From Bacillota bacterium (GTDB lineage Bacteria; Bacillota; Clostridia; Christensenellales; DTU072): a DNA stretch of 64,000 nucleotides. A program made the translations under genes and the position numbers. The notes below the pieces were generated by a model. The model was given only the letters and a program-made list of their open reading frames with translations. It was not told the DNA's origin and ran no database searches. Of this stretch, positions 24,066 through 33,996 are shown in pieces. Each line of letters begins with the position of its first letter. Within the stretch, counting starts at the first letter, position 1. The stretch lies in the NCBI GenBank assembly GCA_009781445.1, contig WQYD01000003.1, positions 2,464 to 66,463 on the forward strand, given 5' to 3'.

Positions 24066-27000
24066 TTATCTACGCGGTGAACGGCTGTAACGGCGTCCTG
24101 CGTGAGTTCTGTCTTTCCGCTTGAAAATCATGCTAAAGAAGAACAGAATGATTAACAGCGCAACACCGCCGATTGCAAACCCAAGAACATAATTCATATA
24201 TTCAGGCATTTCAGGAATCCTTAATCCGCCCACGCTTATGGAACGCACAGGGATATAATTCTCTGAATCAAAGTTCTCGCCTGCAAACAGCACCTCAACC
24301 ACAAACGCTTGGTTCGCGCTTATGCCGTTAAACACATTACTGCTTTGCCCCGGTGCAATTTCATTGCCCTCCAAATCAATCAATCTGTACACAGTGCCTG
24401 CGGGCGCATTGGTTGAAATAACATGGATAGTACCGTCCTCATTTCTTGTTACGCGGATATCAATATTAAATTCTGCCCTGTTTATAGTTAGAATTGCACC
24501 TATGCGGGCAACCTCAAAGCCGTAGTGCATTATAACAGCGGTAACATCGTATTGCCCTGCGTTCACTGGGAATGTGGTAAGCTGAAGCCCGTCCGACATT
24601 CTTATAAAGCTATAGTAAACCGATACGCCCTCTTGGGTAAAGCCTTGCGGTTGCGAACCGAAGTTCACTGCCCCTGGGGATTTCGCATTGCCGTCATACA
24701 CATATTCTGCGTCCCCCACAACTATTGCATTGAACGCATTGGCGGTAATCCTCAATGTGGTTGTTACCGTTTCAAATGTGTAGTTATCCGCCACTATTGA
24801 AAGCACGAATTCGTAATCACCAAGAAGCGTGGGGTTAGCTTCGCTTCCGTCTTTATAATAATTGGTAAACACTGTGATATTCTCAATATCGTTTCCGAAC
24901 AGCCCCAATATATTATATGTTGCTTGCTTAGCCGTACCGCTGTACTTGTGTTCAAGCCCTGCGATTGACGCGGTAAGAATTGCTTTAAAGATTTCAAAGT
25001 GGAACATGGTTTCGCCGTCATAGCTATAGTTTCCGAATTCGTCTTCAAAGCTGATAACCACAATGTATTTGCCTGCACCGCTTGCGTTTTCCACGATTTC
25101 ATAACCGCTTGGCACGCTGATTCCGAATGCGCCCCCGCTTGCGTTTTTGGGTGCGGGATTTCCTGCATTTACATATGTTTCACGCATGAAAATCATATGC
25201 GGAATAACCTTATAATCTTCGTCATACTGCGCAAATAAATTGATATTTGCGTTACCGCCGTTGAAGCTTAATTCGCTAATAAATTCTTCTTTTAGTTCCA
25301 CTTCGCGTGCGTGAATATCAAAGGAATAAGCGTAAACCTCAGTGAGTTCGCTGTTAGGATTTTGAAGCCTTACTTCCACGCTGTAAGTTCCCACATTACG
25401 CACTTGGCTTACTGGAATCTCATTTCCGTTTCTAAAGTACACGAATATTAAATCGCTTGAAATTTCCTCACCGCCGTCAAAAGCGAATGCTTTTAAGGTT
25501 TGCGTAAGCGCGCCGATTCCGTTTTCTTTTGCAGAGAACTGGAATGTTTTTCCGTTAGGCGCGTCCGATTCGTCAAGCACAGCTTCCGCCCTGCTTATCG
25601 TAAATGTTATGCCCGAAACCACGAAGGGGTGAATTGTGTTAGGCGAAGAAACGGTGAACGAAACAACGAAACTTCCTGCGCCCCTAATTTCCTTACCGCC
25701 TAAATCTGCCACGAACGATAAGCCGTGCGCATTGGGCAGGTTGGTTATTACAGGGGTTGTGATTTCGCCGTTGTACACCCTTGTGGCGTTATTGAATAAA
25801 AGTTCGGCTTGCAAGAAGTCCTCTGTGTACATTGCCCTTGCAATCACGAACACCGCGCTTAGCCCTGCGCTTGGCATTTCAAAATTAGAATCGTTTACCA
25901 CAAGGTTAACCACATATTCGCCTGCGTTCACGGGGACTACTTGGGTGCTTAAATCGTCTGAACGGAAGAAGTATTTTTCTAAATCCGCAACGGTGAAGCC
26001 GTTTCCTTGGGCATCTTTAAATAAGAAGGAAGCAATGTAATGCTTGCTTAGCCCGTCATACACCACCGCGTTTCCAGTTGCCTCTGCAAGGCTTAAAGCC
26101 CTTGGCATAACAACGATTTCAAAAGCGGTTTCGCTTAACTCATAATATGCGTTTGCCAAGGTGTTAAGGCTTAAGGTAACCAAGTACGCGCCTGCGTTCT
26201 TAACCGCGCTTGCAACCGCGCCGTTAAGCCTTATATCCTTATCAATAGTAAGGGCAACGCCACTTACAACAGGGAATGCTTGTGTGGAAGCCACCACTTC
26301 AAACTCTTCGCCAGAGTAAACGAACTGCGTGCTTGAAGTAAGTGAGGACTGAACCAAAATCTTGCTTATATAAATAAGGATACTAATATTAGCTGAGGAC
26401 GCGTCAAGCAACACATTACCGCCAACCACATTCACGGTTATGGCGTTTGCACCCACGCTAAGAGGTTGGTTGCTTATGAATCCGCCGAACTGCGTGCTTG
26501 CAATAAAGCTGTTCACAATGAATGCGTTATCAGGGAATAAGGAATTAAGAACTGAGTTAATCTCTTCCGTAATACCGCCTTGGAACGCGCTAAACGATGC
26601 AAGATATTCCACCCTTTCGCTTTCGCCGATTGAGATATCAATGCTAAAGTTTTCCACCGTAAACGGCGCAACATTTAGCGTGATTACATATGTTGCATTG
26701 TAATAAACACTGTTTTCATTGAGGCTTAAAGCGAACAAATCGTTATAGCTGTTCACGGTTAATTCATTAAGATTTACACCGCCGTTTGGTTGAAAGATTA
26801 GCCCCTTACTTGCAAAGTTAGCCTCTGCCCTGTTCACGGCAAATGCTCTGCCAAGTTCGTCAATATCATTTATATCAAGGGTATCCGTGCTAACGCTTTC
26901 CACGGTGTAATCACTTAAGGAATAAAGTTTTGAAAGCTCAATTTCCGCAAGCACATTAGCACGGCGCATTGTAAGCGTTACGGATAAATCCGCCACCTCA

Positions 27001-30000
27001 TAGTTAGAAGCCAAGCCGTTTAACATTGCGTAAGGGTTATTATCAAAATCGTTTTCCTTATTGAAATCAATTCTGAATTCATAGCCCACACCGCTGATAA
27101 ATTGAAGCTGTGTAACCGAAAGCGTGATTAAACCAAGTGCCTCAGAGGGCTTAACGAAATCACTTGCATTAGCATGAAGAACATATGCGGAAGCACTTGA
27201 GAAATCATTTCCGCCTGCTGTGTAATTGATTACCGCACCGCTGTTAACCGCGCCACCGCCAAAGAAGTTTATGGAAACAGGCAGGTTCTTTTTTGTAACC
27301 TCAAACACATATTGGGGAACTGCCGAAGCCACCACATAGTTCACGCTTGCAAAGCCTGCCGAATTGGCTACATATGCAAGGGTGTAAGAATCTGCATTAA
27401 GATATTCGTCATTAAGCGGAACGGAAACACCGAAGCCGTTTCTTAAAGTAAGCCCAAGCCTTATTAGGCGGTTATCCGTTTCACCCACCACAAGCTGTTC
27501 GCCGAACAAATTAAGCGCGTTGATTTCGGCTATCGTCATGCTTTCAAAGTCAAGATCCACCGAACTTGCGCGCATACTTCCGTACTCGTTTTGAAGGTTC
27601 GCAAGCCTGCTTAAGTTAAGCGTGAGTTGCCTCGGGCGGATTTGCACCACAAGCCTATTGCCGTTTGCAAGAAGCAAATAGCTTCCGATTGCCTCAATGT
27701 TATCTATATCATAATTCCTTTGCGCGCTTAAATAATTTATGCTTGCAAAGTAGTCGCCCACATCACCAAGAGTTCCCGCGCCTATTCTCTCAAGATTCAC
27801 TTCCACCGTGCTTCTAACTTCTGCACCAGCGGGAAGGTTCGTAACATTTGCGCCACCGTTAAACACGCTGAAATCATTTAACGCGCCAAGTTCGTCATAG
27901 GTAAGGGCGAATGTTCCGCTGTAATTTATGCTTAGAAGCAAGCGCAGAATCTCAATTGGGAAACTGCCGATATCAAGCGCAAAATTAAAGTTTTGGCTTT
28001 GGTTTGCGCCTGCTTGAAGCGACCAGAAATAGTTGCCTGCGTTCACTGCCTGCACGCCGTTTTCGTCCGAAGCCGTAACGGTAACGCCTGCAAAATACCC
28101 TGCCACATAAGTGCGCAAGTTGCCCTCAACTATATTTCCGTTTAAGTATACTTCATATGAAAGTGCGGTTAAAAGCCTTGTGATTACTGCGCCTGTGTAG
28201 TTCGCGCTGTTAGAGGTTGAACCTATAGCAATGTCTATTGTAATCGCTTCAATTACATATGTTAACACCACATTGCCGAAGCTATAATTGGCTACAGTTT
28301 CGTCACTTAAATTAACCGTGTAAATGCCTGCGTTTCTAAAGCCCACAGCGGTTATATTATCACCCGCGGGATTCTTAAATTGATACGCGCCTTGCAACAC
28401 ATTGTATATACCTGCGCTGTCCTTTGAATTATCCCATGCGGTAACGCCAAGCATTTCATAATCATTAAGCACGATATATCCGCTTGCGTCAAACGCACGG
28501 CTGAATGCTGTTTTGCTGAACGATACAGCGCGCCTTGTGATTGAGAGTGCGCCGTTCACAAACGAAATATTATAGTTATCCGAAGTGAAACCGCCTATGC
28601 TGATTACATATGAATCACCCACCGCACTCTGTTCGTTTGCGCTAAGGATTTGGATATTTAGAGTACCGCCTAAGTCTTGATAAGTGTCCTCACCAAGTAA
28701 CGAATCGCCGATTGAAGTTCTGAAAATTACATTGCTAATGCTTAAAGAAGGATTAGCTTCACCGTACACACGGCTTATGTTTTTGGCTATAACTTGAAGC
28801 GAAGCAGGGGTTATTATTTTTGTTTCTGTAAGCCCCGAAACCGCAAGCTGATAGTTATCATTGCTTGGTGCGTTAAAGCCCGTTACGGTTAATGTGTGCG
28901 TTCCCACATTCCTAAAATCATTTTGTTCTTGCGTAACAAAGGAAACAACTTCGCCGTACGCAGCGGCTAAAGGAAGGGCAACAGGGTTAAATTTTACACC
29001 CGAATAAACCGCCGTTTCAAAACCGCTGAACGAAACGGTAAGAGTGAATTTGGTAACGGTGAGCGTACCGCCCACAAATGCAATATCATAGTTTGGTGAA
29101 GAAACACCGTCCACGATAATCTCATATTCCGCCACATTTAAATGCCCCGTTTCGGCAAGCCTTGCGTTAAGCGTGCCACTTAGAACAGAGGCATTTTCGC
29201 CCTGTGCAAACGGTGAGAATCCATATGAAAAGCTTGGCGTTCCGCCGTAAACCATGGCGATGTTATCTGCCCTTACGGTTAATGCCATGGGGGCAATGTT
29301 CCATGTTACTGAAAGATCAAAAACACTGATTTCATATAGGTTTGTGGTTTCCGCACTTATGGTTGTGGTGTGCGTTCCTGCGTTTCTTGCGCTTGCATTA
29401 ACTAATTGAATTATATCGCCGTTAACGGTTGCACCGCTTATTGAAACAGTCTTATCTTCGTTGCTGTAAATTGCGTTTTGCGGTAGTAGCCAAGTAACAT
29501 TTAGGTTTCGTTTATTTACAGTTATGGTTGAACCTGAAAACAGAATGTCATAATTATCTGAAGTCAGCCCGCTTACCGTAACAGGATATGTGCCGGGTAC
29601 GGAACGCGCGTCAGCCACGGTGGAAATAACTAATTTACTGTTAGTTGCCGTTTCCACAGATTCTATTGTTTGCCCCCCAACCAATCCGCTAACGCTATAT
29701 TGCAGTACGGGGTTAGGATTGCCGTACTGTCTGCTACCGGCAGGATTGGCTTGAATTGATAGGCTTGCCCTGTTGATTACATATGAAATTTCGTCCACGG
29801 AAGGAATTTCGTAATTATTGCGATCCGATAAATCAATAACTTTTGCAGTGTATGTTCCTGCGTTTATTGCACTTCCGCCCGAAACGGTGGTGGTGATTGT
29901 TTCGCCGTTTGCAGGGTTGGTAACAGTGGCGGTAACGCTAACCGGCCCACCGATATAAGTAAGCCCTGTATGCCCGTTCCATTGAAGCCCTACCACGCGT

Positions 30001-32327
30001 TTGGTAATTGTGATTGTGCCTGTGGGGAAAGAGATATCATAGTTGTTAGACGAGAATCCGCTTGGGGTAACCACGCGCTGAGAACCTGCCACGGTGGTTG
30101 TGGTGGCATCGTGTGCATAGCTTATTGAACCGCTGAGGACACTAACCGTTTCGCCGTTCACAAAACCGCTTGCGGTGTAGCCAAGCATGCTTGCATTAAA
30201 ACTGCCGTAATCAGTGGTTACATTGTTTGCCCTTATCGTGAGAGGCGCAGGGAAGATTGACCATGTTTCAGAGGTGTTACCCATAACCACATTGTACCTT
30301 GTGAGGGTGGTTTGGATTATGGAAGCGGTGTAACCCCCTGCGTTCGTTTCGGTGTTTCCCGAAAGCAAAATGCTATCACCGTTCACAAGGTTGGTGCTTG
30401 ACGCGGTAACCGTTTGAGGCACGCCTGTGTAAAGCGCGTAACCATTCCCCGGTTTGTGCCATGTAACGCTTATGCTTCTTCTTTCTATCGTGAGTTGCGC
30501 GTTGGTGGTTGAAATTTCATAGTTGCCCGAAGTGAGGGAATTAACCGTTATTGTGTAAGTCCCCGGTAAATCCGTAACAGTCGCATTTGTGGTTGCGCCG
30601 TGCGTTCCCCAACCGGTGAGAACCGTGCTTGCTTGTTCGCCGTTCACCAGCCCGGTAACCGTTAGGCTTGGGGCAGGGTTGGCGTCACCGTATTGGCGGG
30701 ATTGGTTTCCTGCCACCACTGAAAGCGTTGCCCTTGTTATGTTCCATGCTTGGGAAGAGTTAGAGGGTAACGCATAGTTAGAATTTTGAATAGTTGCCGA
30801 AGCGGTATAGCTTCCCACATTGGTTGCCTTAGTGTTAGCAAAACTTACCACGCTTGCTTGGCTTGCACCAAGTAAGCCCGACACGGTAGGTTCATGCGTT
30901 TGTTCCACACCCGAATAGGGGCGCGAACTGCTTGGCCACGAAAAAACTAAAGGCGCAGGGTTTATGGTGAACGCATAGTTTACCTCACCTATCGTGGTAC
31001 TGCTACCATTCCTCAGCACCGCCCGCAGTCGGTAACTGCCTGCATTTGTGGGGGCGGTAACACCTATGTTCGTGCCTGCCGAATTTTGGTAATACGGCGA
31101 GGTAGACCAAGCTACCCCTGTGGGCAGTCCCCCCCCGCTTGGCAAGGTTACAGTAGGCCCTTGCGCCGAACCGCTGAATGTGTACGAACTACCGCCCGAA
31201 ATTGTAAAAGATACGAAGTTTGCAGTAAGTGTGATTGCCCTGCCGTTATAGCTTACCTCACCTGCAATTGAGGGGGTTAGCGTGGGGCTTGCGTTGCTTA
31301 TATAGGTTGCACCTGTAATGTTTGCAGACCAATCTCTAAAGTAATAGTTAGCGTTAGGGCTTGCGGTGTTTGCAAGCATACCAGTAGTGCCGTTAGACGG
31401 AAGCGTAACGGCAAGGCTTGTTCTTGTAAGAGAACCGCCCGCACCGCCTGCCGCACCGTTAGTGGTGATGCCATAGGTGTGCGTTGAAGCGCTGTAAGTC
31501 CATGTAATTGTAACGCTATTTACAGTTAGATTCGCATAAACCCTCGCCCTGCTTCCGCCTGCTGAACCTGAGTTGCAGGTTGCGTGCTGATAGGATTGGT
31601 ATTCAAGGCGGATACCCGTCATGTTAGTTGCTGCGGCAAAGCTCGCAGTGTTGCTATTTCTTGCGCCGGTATTTGAGCCGGTAAAGGTGGTTGTGCCACG
31701 GCTTGTAACTGTGCCACTTACATTAGAGTATATTTCTGACCAGCCTTCGTATCTGCTCCCGCCACCAGTGCTTCCGCTTATAGAACCGCTCCATATGCCG
31801 TTTGTAACCACAGATATATTGGTAATCTTGCCACTAGATATTGCACGCAAAACATCCCCTGTAAATGTAATGTTATATTGGAATCTGAGCATTGCGTGCG
31901 CCCTTTTATCATTACCTGCGATAACCGCCTTGTAATCTGATTCCATATCCGCTGTCCAACCGCCTCTTACTGTGGAGTTTGACCAGCTTGCACCGGGAGT
32001 CCCGCCGGCATCTATATTCACCACATGGAGTGCGTTGCTACTTGGGGCTGCGTTGGGAATATTTGTGCTTCCGTTGTTGTTACCAGAACGGTTACCCGAA
32101 AGATCATGGTTCATACGGCGGTTATTATGGCTATTATTATTGTTATCCCTGCCGTTCCACCCAGGTAAAGCGGCATCTGCCGATTCAATAACTTCTCTAT
32201 CAAAAATTGCAGGGGCAAGCCGTCCAAGGCTGAACACCCCCATGGTAAATAACAGCGTAAAGCAAATAAACAGCCCTAAGCCAAGCAGTAAATATGCTGA
32301 TAATCTTCTTTTTGTGTTTGTTTTCAT
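24066..32327 (-). CDS. Giant cell-surface repeat protein (MBG-domain-like repeats), 2753 aa
   Basis: N-terminal signal/anchor and an Asn-rich segment. At least a dozen repeats carry YG..NP.L.....G.VNGE...L.G...GTY.I......S.NY.I.F..G.L.I. C-terminal TM (FAIGGVALLIILFFFSMIF) plus a basic tail; AGAGGTGA RBS. Confidence 0.85.
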   Translation of the reverse strand: MKTNTKRRLSAYLLLGLGLFICFTLLFTMGVFSLGRLAPAIFDREVIESADAALPGWNGRDNNNNSHNNRRMNHDLSGNRSGNNNGSTNIPNAAPSSNALHVVNIDAGGTPGASWSNSTVRGGWTADMESDYKAVIAGNDKRAHAMLRFQYNITFTGDVLRAISSGKITNISVVTNGIWSGSISGSTGGGSRYEGWSEIYSNVSGTVTSRGTTTFTGSNTGARNSNTASFAAATNMTGIRLEYQSYQHATCNSGSAGGSRARVYANLTVNSVTITWTYSASTHTYGITTNGAAGGAGGSLTRTSLAVTLPSNGTTGMLANTASPNANYYFRDWSANITGATYISNASPTLTPSIAGEVSYNGRAITLTANFVSFTISGGSSYTFSGSAQGPTVTLPSGGGLPTGVAWSTSPYYQNSAGTNIGVTAPTNAGSYRLRAVLRNGSSTTIGEVNYAFTINPAPLVFSWPSSSRPYSGVEQTHEPTVSGLLGASQASVVSFANTKATNVGSYTASATIQNSNYALPSNSSQAWNITRATLSVVAGNQSRQYGDANPAPSLTVTGLVNGEQASTVLTGWGTHGATTNATVTDLPGTYTITVNSLTSGNYEISTTNAQLTIERRSISVTWHKPGNGYALYTGVPQTVTASSTNLVNGDSILLSGNTETNAGGYTASIIQTTLTRYNVVMGNTSETWSIFPAPLTIRANNVTTDYGSFNASMLGYTASGFVNGETVSVLSGSISYAHDATTTTVAGSQRVVTPSGFSSNNYDISFPTGTITITKRVVGLQWNGHTGLTYIGGPVSVTATVTNPANGETITTTVSGGSAINAGTYTAKVIDLSDRNNYEIPSVDEISYVINRASLSIQANPAGSRQYGNPNPVLQYSVSGLVGGQTIESVETATNSKLVISTVADARSVPGTYPVTVSGLTSDNYDILFSGSTITVNKRNLNVTWLLPQNAIYSNEDKTVSISGATVNGDIIQLVNASARNAGTHTTTISAETTNLYEISVFDLSVTWNIAPMALTVRADNIAMVYGGTPSFSYGFSPFAQGENASVLSGTLNARLAETGHLNVAEYEIIVDGVSSPNYDIAFVGGTLTVTKFTLTVSFSGFETAVYSGVKFNPVALPLAAAYGEVVSFVTQEQNDFRNVGTHTLTVTGFNAPSNDNYQLAVSGLTETKIITPASLQVIAKNISRVYGEANPSLSISNVIFRTSIGDSLLGEDTYQDLGGTLNIQILSANEQSAVGDSYVISIGGFTSDNYNISFVNGALSITRRAVSFSKTAFSRAFDASGYIVLNDYEMLGVTAWDNSKDSAGIYNVLQGAYQFKNPAGDNITAVGFRNAGIYTVNLSDETVANYSFGNVVLTYVIEAITIDIAIGSTSNSANYTGAVITRLLTALSYEVYLNGNIVEGNLRTYVAGYFAGVTVTASDENGVQAVNAGNYFWSLQAGANQSQNFNFALDIGSFPIEILRLLLSINYSGTFALTYDELGALNDFSVFNGGANVTNLPAGAEVRSTVEVNLERIGAGTLGDVGDYFASINYLSAQRNYDIDNIEAIGSYLLLANGNRLVVQIRPRQLTLNLSRLANLQNEYGSMRASSVDLDFESMTIAEINALNLFGEQLVVGETDNRLIRLGLTLRNGFGVSVPLNDEYLNADSYTLAYVANSAGFASVNYVVASAVPQYVFEVTKKNLPVSINFFGGGAVNSGAVINYTAGGNDFSSASAYVLHANASDFVKPSEALGLITLSVTQLQFISGVGYEFRIDFNKENDFDNNPYAMLNGLASNYEVADLSVTLTMRRANVLAEIELSKLYSLSDYTVESVSTDTLDINDIDELGRAFAVNRAEANFASKGLIFQPNGGVNLNELTVNSYNDLFALSLNENSVYYNATYVITLNVAPFTVENFSIDISIGESERVEYLASFSAFQGGITEEINSVLNSLFPDNAFIVNSFIASTQFGGFISNQPLSVGANAITVNVVGGNVLLDASSANISILIYISKILVQSSLTSSTQFVYSGEEFEVVASTQAFPVVSGVALTIDKDIRLNGAVASAVKNAGAYLVTLSLNTLANAYYELSETAFEIVVMPRALSLAEATGNAVVYDGLSKHYIASFLFKDAQGNGFTVADLEKYFFRSDDLSTQVVPVNAGEYVVNLVVNDSNFEMPSAGLSAVFVIARAMYTEDFLQAELLFNNATRVYNGEITTPVITNLPNAHGLSFVADLGGKEIRGAGSFVVSFTVSSPNTIHPFVVSGITFTISRAEAVLDESDAPNGKTFQFSAKENGIGALTQTLKAFAFDGGEEISSDLIFVYFRNGNEIPVSQVRNVGTYSVEVRLQNPNSELTEVYAYSFDIHAREVELKEEFISELSFNGGNANINLFAQYDEDYKVIPHMIFMRETYVNAGNPAPKNASGGAFGISVPSGYEIVENASGAGKYIVVISFEDEFGNYSYDGETMFHFEIFKAILTASIAGLEHKYSGTAKQATYNILGLFGNDIENITVFTNYYKDGSEANPTLLGDYEFVLSIVADNYTFETVTTTLRITANAFNAIVVGDAEYVYDGNAKSPGAVNFGSQPQGFTQEGVSVYYSFIRMSDGLQLTTFPVNAGQYDVTAVIMHYGFEVARIGAILTINRAEFNIDIRVTRNEDGTIHVISTNAPAGTVYRLIDLEGNEIAPGQSSNVFNGISANQAFVVEVLFAGENFDSENYIPVRSISVGGLRIPEMPEYMNYVLGFAIGGVALLIILFFFSMIFKRKDRTHAGRRYSRSPRR

Positions 32328-32341
32328 AGTTCACCTCTTTT

Positions 32342-32470
32342 TCAGCGCGAAGCGCACAATGGTGGTTTTTTTAATAATGATATTTAGAATCCTTCTCGTT
32401 TCATGTTTCTCGTTTCATGTTTCTCGTTTCATGTTTCTCGTTTCACACGCTACGCATACGCGTAGCGCGC
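32342..32470. repeat. Family-1 element with 14-nt tandem repeat, in the 5' leader of the giant gene
   Basis: cagcgcgaagcgcacaatggtgg - core taataatgatatttagaatcc - (TTCTCGTTTCATGT)x4 - hairpin cgctacg..cgtagcg. Confidence 0.85.
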
Positions 32471-32508
32471 AGGGTTGGCAAACAATCCGCCCCCCGTGCG
32501 GTACTTTT

Positions 32509-32537
32509 ATTGTATCACAGGTTGCGCGTGCGTGCAA
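32509..32537 (-). promoter_or_regulatory. Sigma-70-like promoter for the giant surface-protein gene
   Basis: On the minus strand: TTGCAC (32537-32532), a 17-nt spacer, TACAAT (32514-32509) preceded by TGA (extended -10-like). Confidence 0.45.
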
Positions 32538-32668
32538 TAGCAATATATGCGCGCATGAGGGGAAAAAGGTAAAAAATAGCAAAAACACGCGAAAACGCGG
32601 TAAAATGAACTTAAACTTATGAATTTTAATGGTAAGATTTACTAAGTTTTTACTAAAAGGCATTATTT

Positions 32669-32833
32669 CAGCGCACAGCGCACAGCGCACAGCGCACAGC
32701 GCACAGCGCACAATGGTGGATTCTAAATCTCATTATTGGTTAACTAATCCATAAATTCGTACTTCGTACCTTGTACTTCGTACCTAAATAAATCATTCCT
32801 TCACTGTGCGCTGTGCGCTGTGAATTGTGCGCT
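32669..32833. repeat. Family-1 heptamer-array palindromic element
   Basis: (CAGCGCA)x6 - aatggtggattctaaatctcattatt (core, reverse) - TTCGTAC-type array - aatcattccttcac - (TGTGCGC)x3. Confidence 0.9.
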
Positions 32834-32859
32834 ATTCCGTAGCCTCAGCTACCAAATTT

Positions 32860-33522
32860 CTACAAAATCCCGTTATCCCTAAAACTAAACCACCCACCGC
32901 TTGGCGTTACAATAACATGTTCGTCCAGCGTGATTCCAAGGCATTCAAGCACATTTTTAATCTTTTGTGTGGCTTCAATGTCGTGGGAAGAGGGTTCTGT
33001 ACTGCCCGAAGGGTGGTTGTGTGCTAAAATTACGCGTGAAGCACCTGCGGAAACCACTTCGTCTGCAATTTTTCTAATTTCGCAAACGGTAAAATCAATA
33101 TCGCCGTTAAAAATCTTTCGGCGGATAAATTTGTGGCGCGAATTAAGCGAAATTACCTCAAGAAACTCTGAATTCGTGTCAATTCCCCTTGCGCTTAAGT
33201 ATTCTTTAAGTTTTTGAGGGGTTAAAATGCTGATATCTTCAACTTCGTCAAGCAAAACTCTTTCATAAAACGGCTGAAACTGCCCAAAGAAATATGCCGC
33301 GCTTTTTGGCATTAAAGGAACTTCAAGAAGTTCTTCCTCTTTTGCAAGAATCACACCGCGAAGTGAACCGAACCGCTTTAAAAGCTCTCTTGCAAGCATA
33401 CCCGTATCCTTGCGCTTTTCAAACGCATAAAGCATGGCTTCAAGGCATTCATGGCTTGCAAGCGCGTCAAAGCCCACTTCGGTTAGCTTTGATTTGGTTC
33501 GCTGTCGTCTGCCTTCAGCCAT
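32860..33522 (-). CDS. radC: RadC-family JAB/MPN-domain protein
   Basis: C-terminal ILAHNHPSGSTEPSSHDIEAT (JAMM motif), 220 aa. It directly abuts the upstream HTH gene. Confidence 0.8.
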   Translation of the reverse strand: MAEGRRQRTKSKLTEVGFDALASHECLEAMLYAFEKRKDTGMLARELLKRFGSLRGVILAKEEELLEVPLMPKSAAYFFGQFQPFYERVLLDEVEDISILTPQKLKEYLSARGIDTNSEFLEVISLNSRHKFIRRKIFNGDIDFTVCEIRKIADEVVSAGASRVILAHNHPSGSTEPSSHDIEATQKIKNVLECLGITLDEHVIVTPSGGWFSFRDNGIL

Positions 33523-33837
33523 TTACTTTTTTTGGCGGAAACTTCTAACTATCGCCCTTACAGCTTCTTTTTCGGAGGAGGAAAGCGCACACCAGCTATC
33601 ATAAAGCTCTTGTTTTTCTTTTGTAAGCTCAATGGTGTTATCTTCTGCAAAAAAATCTGAAAGTGTCATTTGAAATACTTCGCAAACTTTTTCAACTGCG
33701 GGCAATGAGGGAATCACATCTTTCCCAAACCATTTATGAAGCGTTTGAGGATAGATACCGCTTTCCTGCGCTAACTTATATAGCGACATTCCGCGTTCTG
33801 CCCGCAATTTATCTATTTTTGCAACATATTTGTTCAT
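33523..33837 (-). CDS. XRE-family helix-turn-helix transcriptional regulator
   Basis: N-terminal KIDKLRAERGMSLYKLAQESGIYPQTLHKW is a typical Cro/C1 HTH. Confidence 0.7.
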   Translation of the reverse strand: MNKYVAKIDKLRAERGMSLYKLAQESGIYPQTLHKWFGKDVIPSLPAVEKVCEVFQMTLSDFFAEDNTIELTKEKQELYDSWCALSSSEKEAVRAIVRSFRQKK

Positions 33838-33907
33838 ACTTACTTAAGATTATACAACATAACGAACATTAAGTTAATAATTTTATGTATAGAAAAATAT
33901 CCCCTAA

Positions 33908-33934
33908 AATTGATTAGTTTCTCACAAATCAATT
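33908..33934. promoter_or_regulatory. Candidate operator (inverted repeat) upstream of the XRE gene
   Basis: aattgatt-N11-aatcaatt lies about 70-95 nt upstream of the ATG at 33837. A TATAAT sits about 20 nt upstream of the ATG, implying a near-leaderless transcript. Confidence 0.35.
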
Positions 33935-33965
33935 ATACCTAATTGGTGTTAGAATTGCGCTACGG

Positions 33966-33994
33966 CAAAAAGGCAACACCCCGTTGCCCTTTTC
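33966..33994 (-). terminator. Rho-independent terminator downstream of the nitroreductase gene
   Basis: On the minus strand: ggcaac-ggggt-gttgcc followed by TTTTT. Confidence 0.5.
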
Positions 33995-33996
33995 CC

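Noticed and set aside
24322-32622. Many 60-216-aa ORFs antisense to or overlapping the giant surface-protein gene (for example 31972..32622, 25636..26040).
   Set aside because: They lie within an uninterrupted 8.3-kb ORF with clear repeat-domain structure on the other strand. They are by-products of its biased composition.
32415-32711. ORFs whose products begin MRCALCA… or [10 protein letters not shown]…, or contain AQRTAHS-type periodic peptides (for example 32415..32711, 36055..36342, 57116..57307, 54282..54749, 4737..4931, 20295..20573).
   Set aside because: They are translations of the GCGCACA/TGTGCGC heptamer arrays and adjacent intergenic sequence. They have no RBS, no homology-like features, and overlap better-supported genes or terminators.
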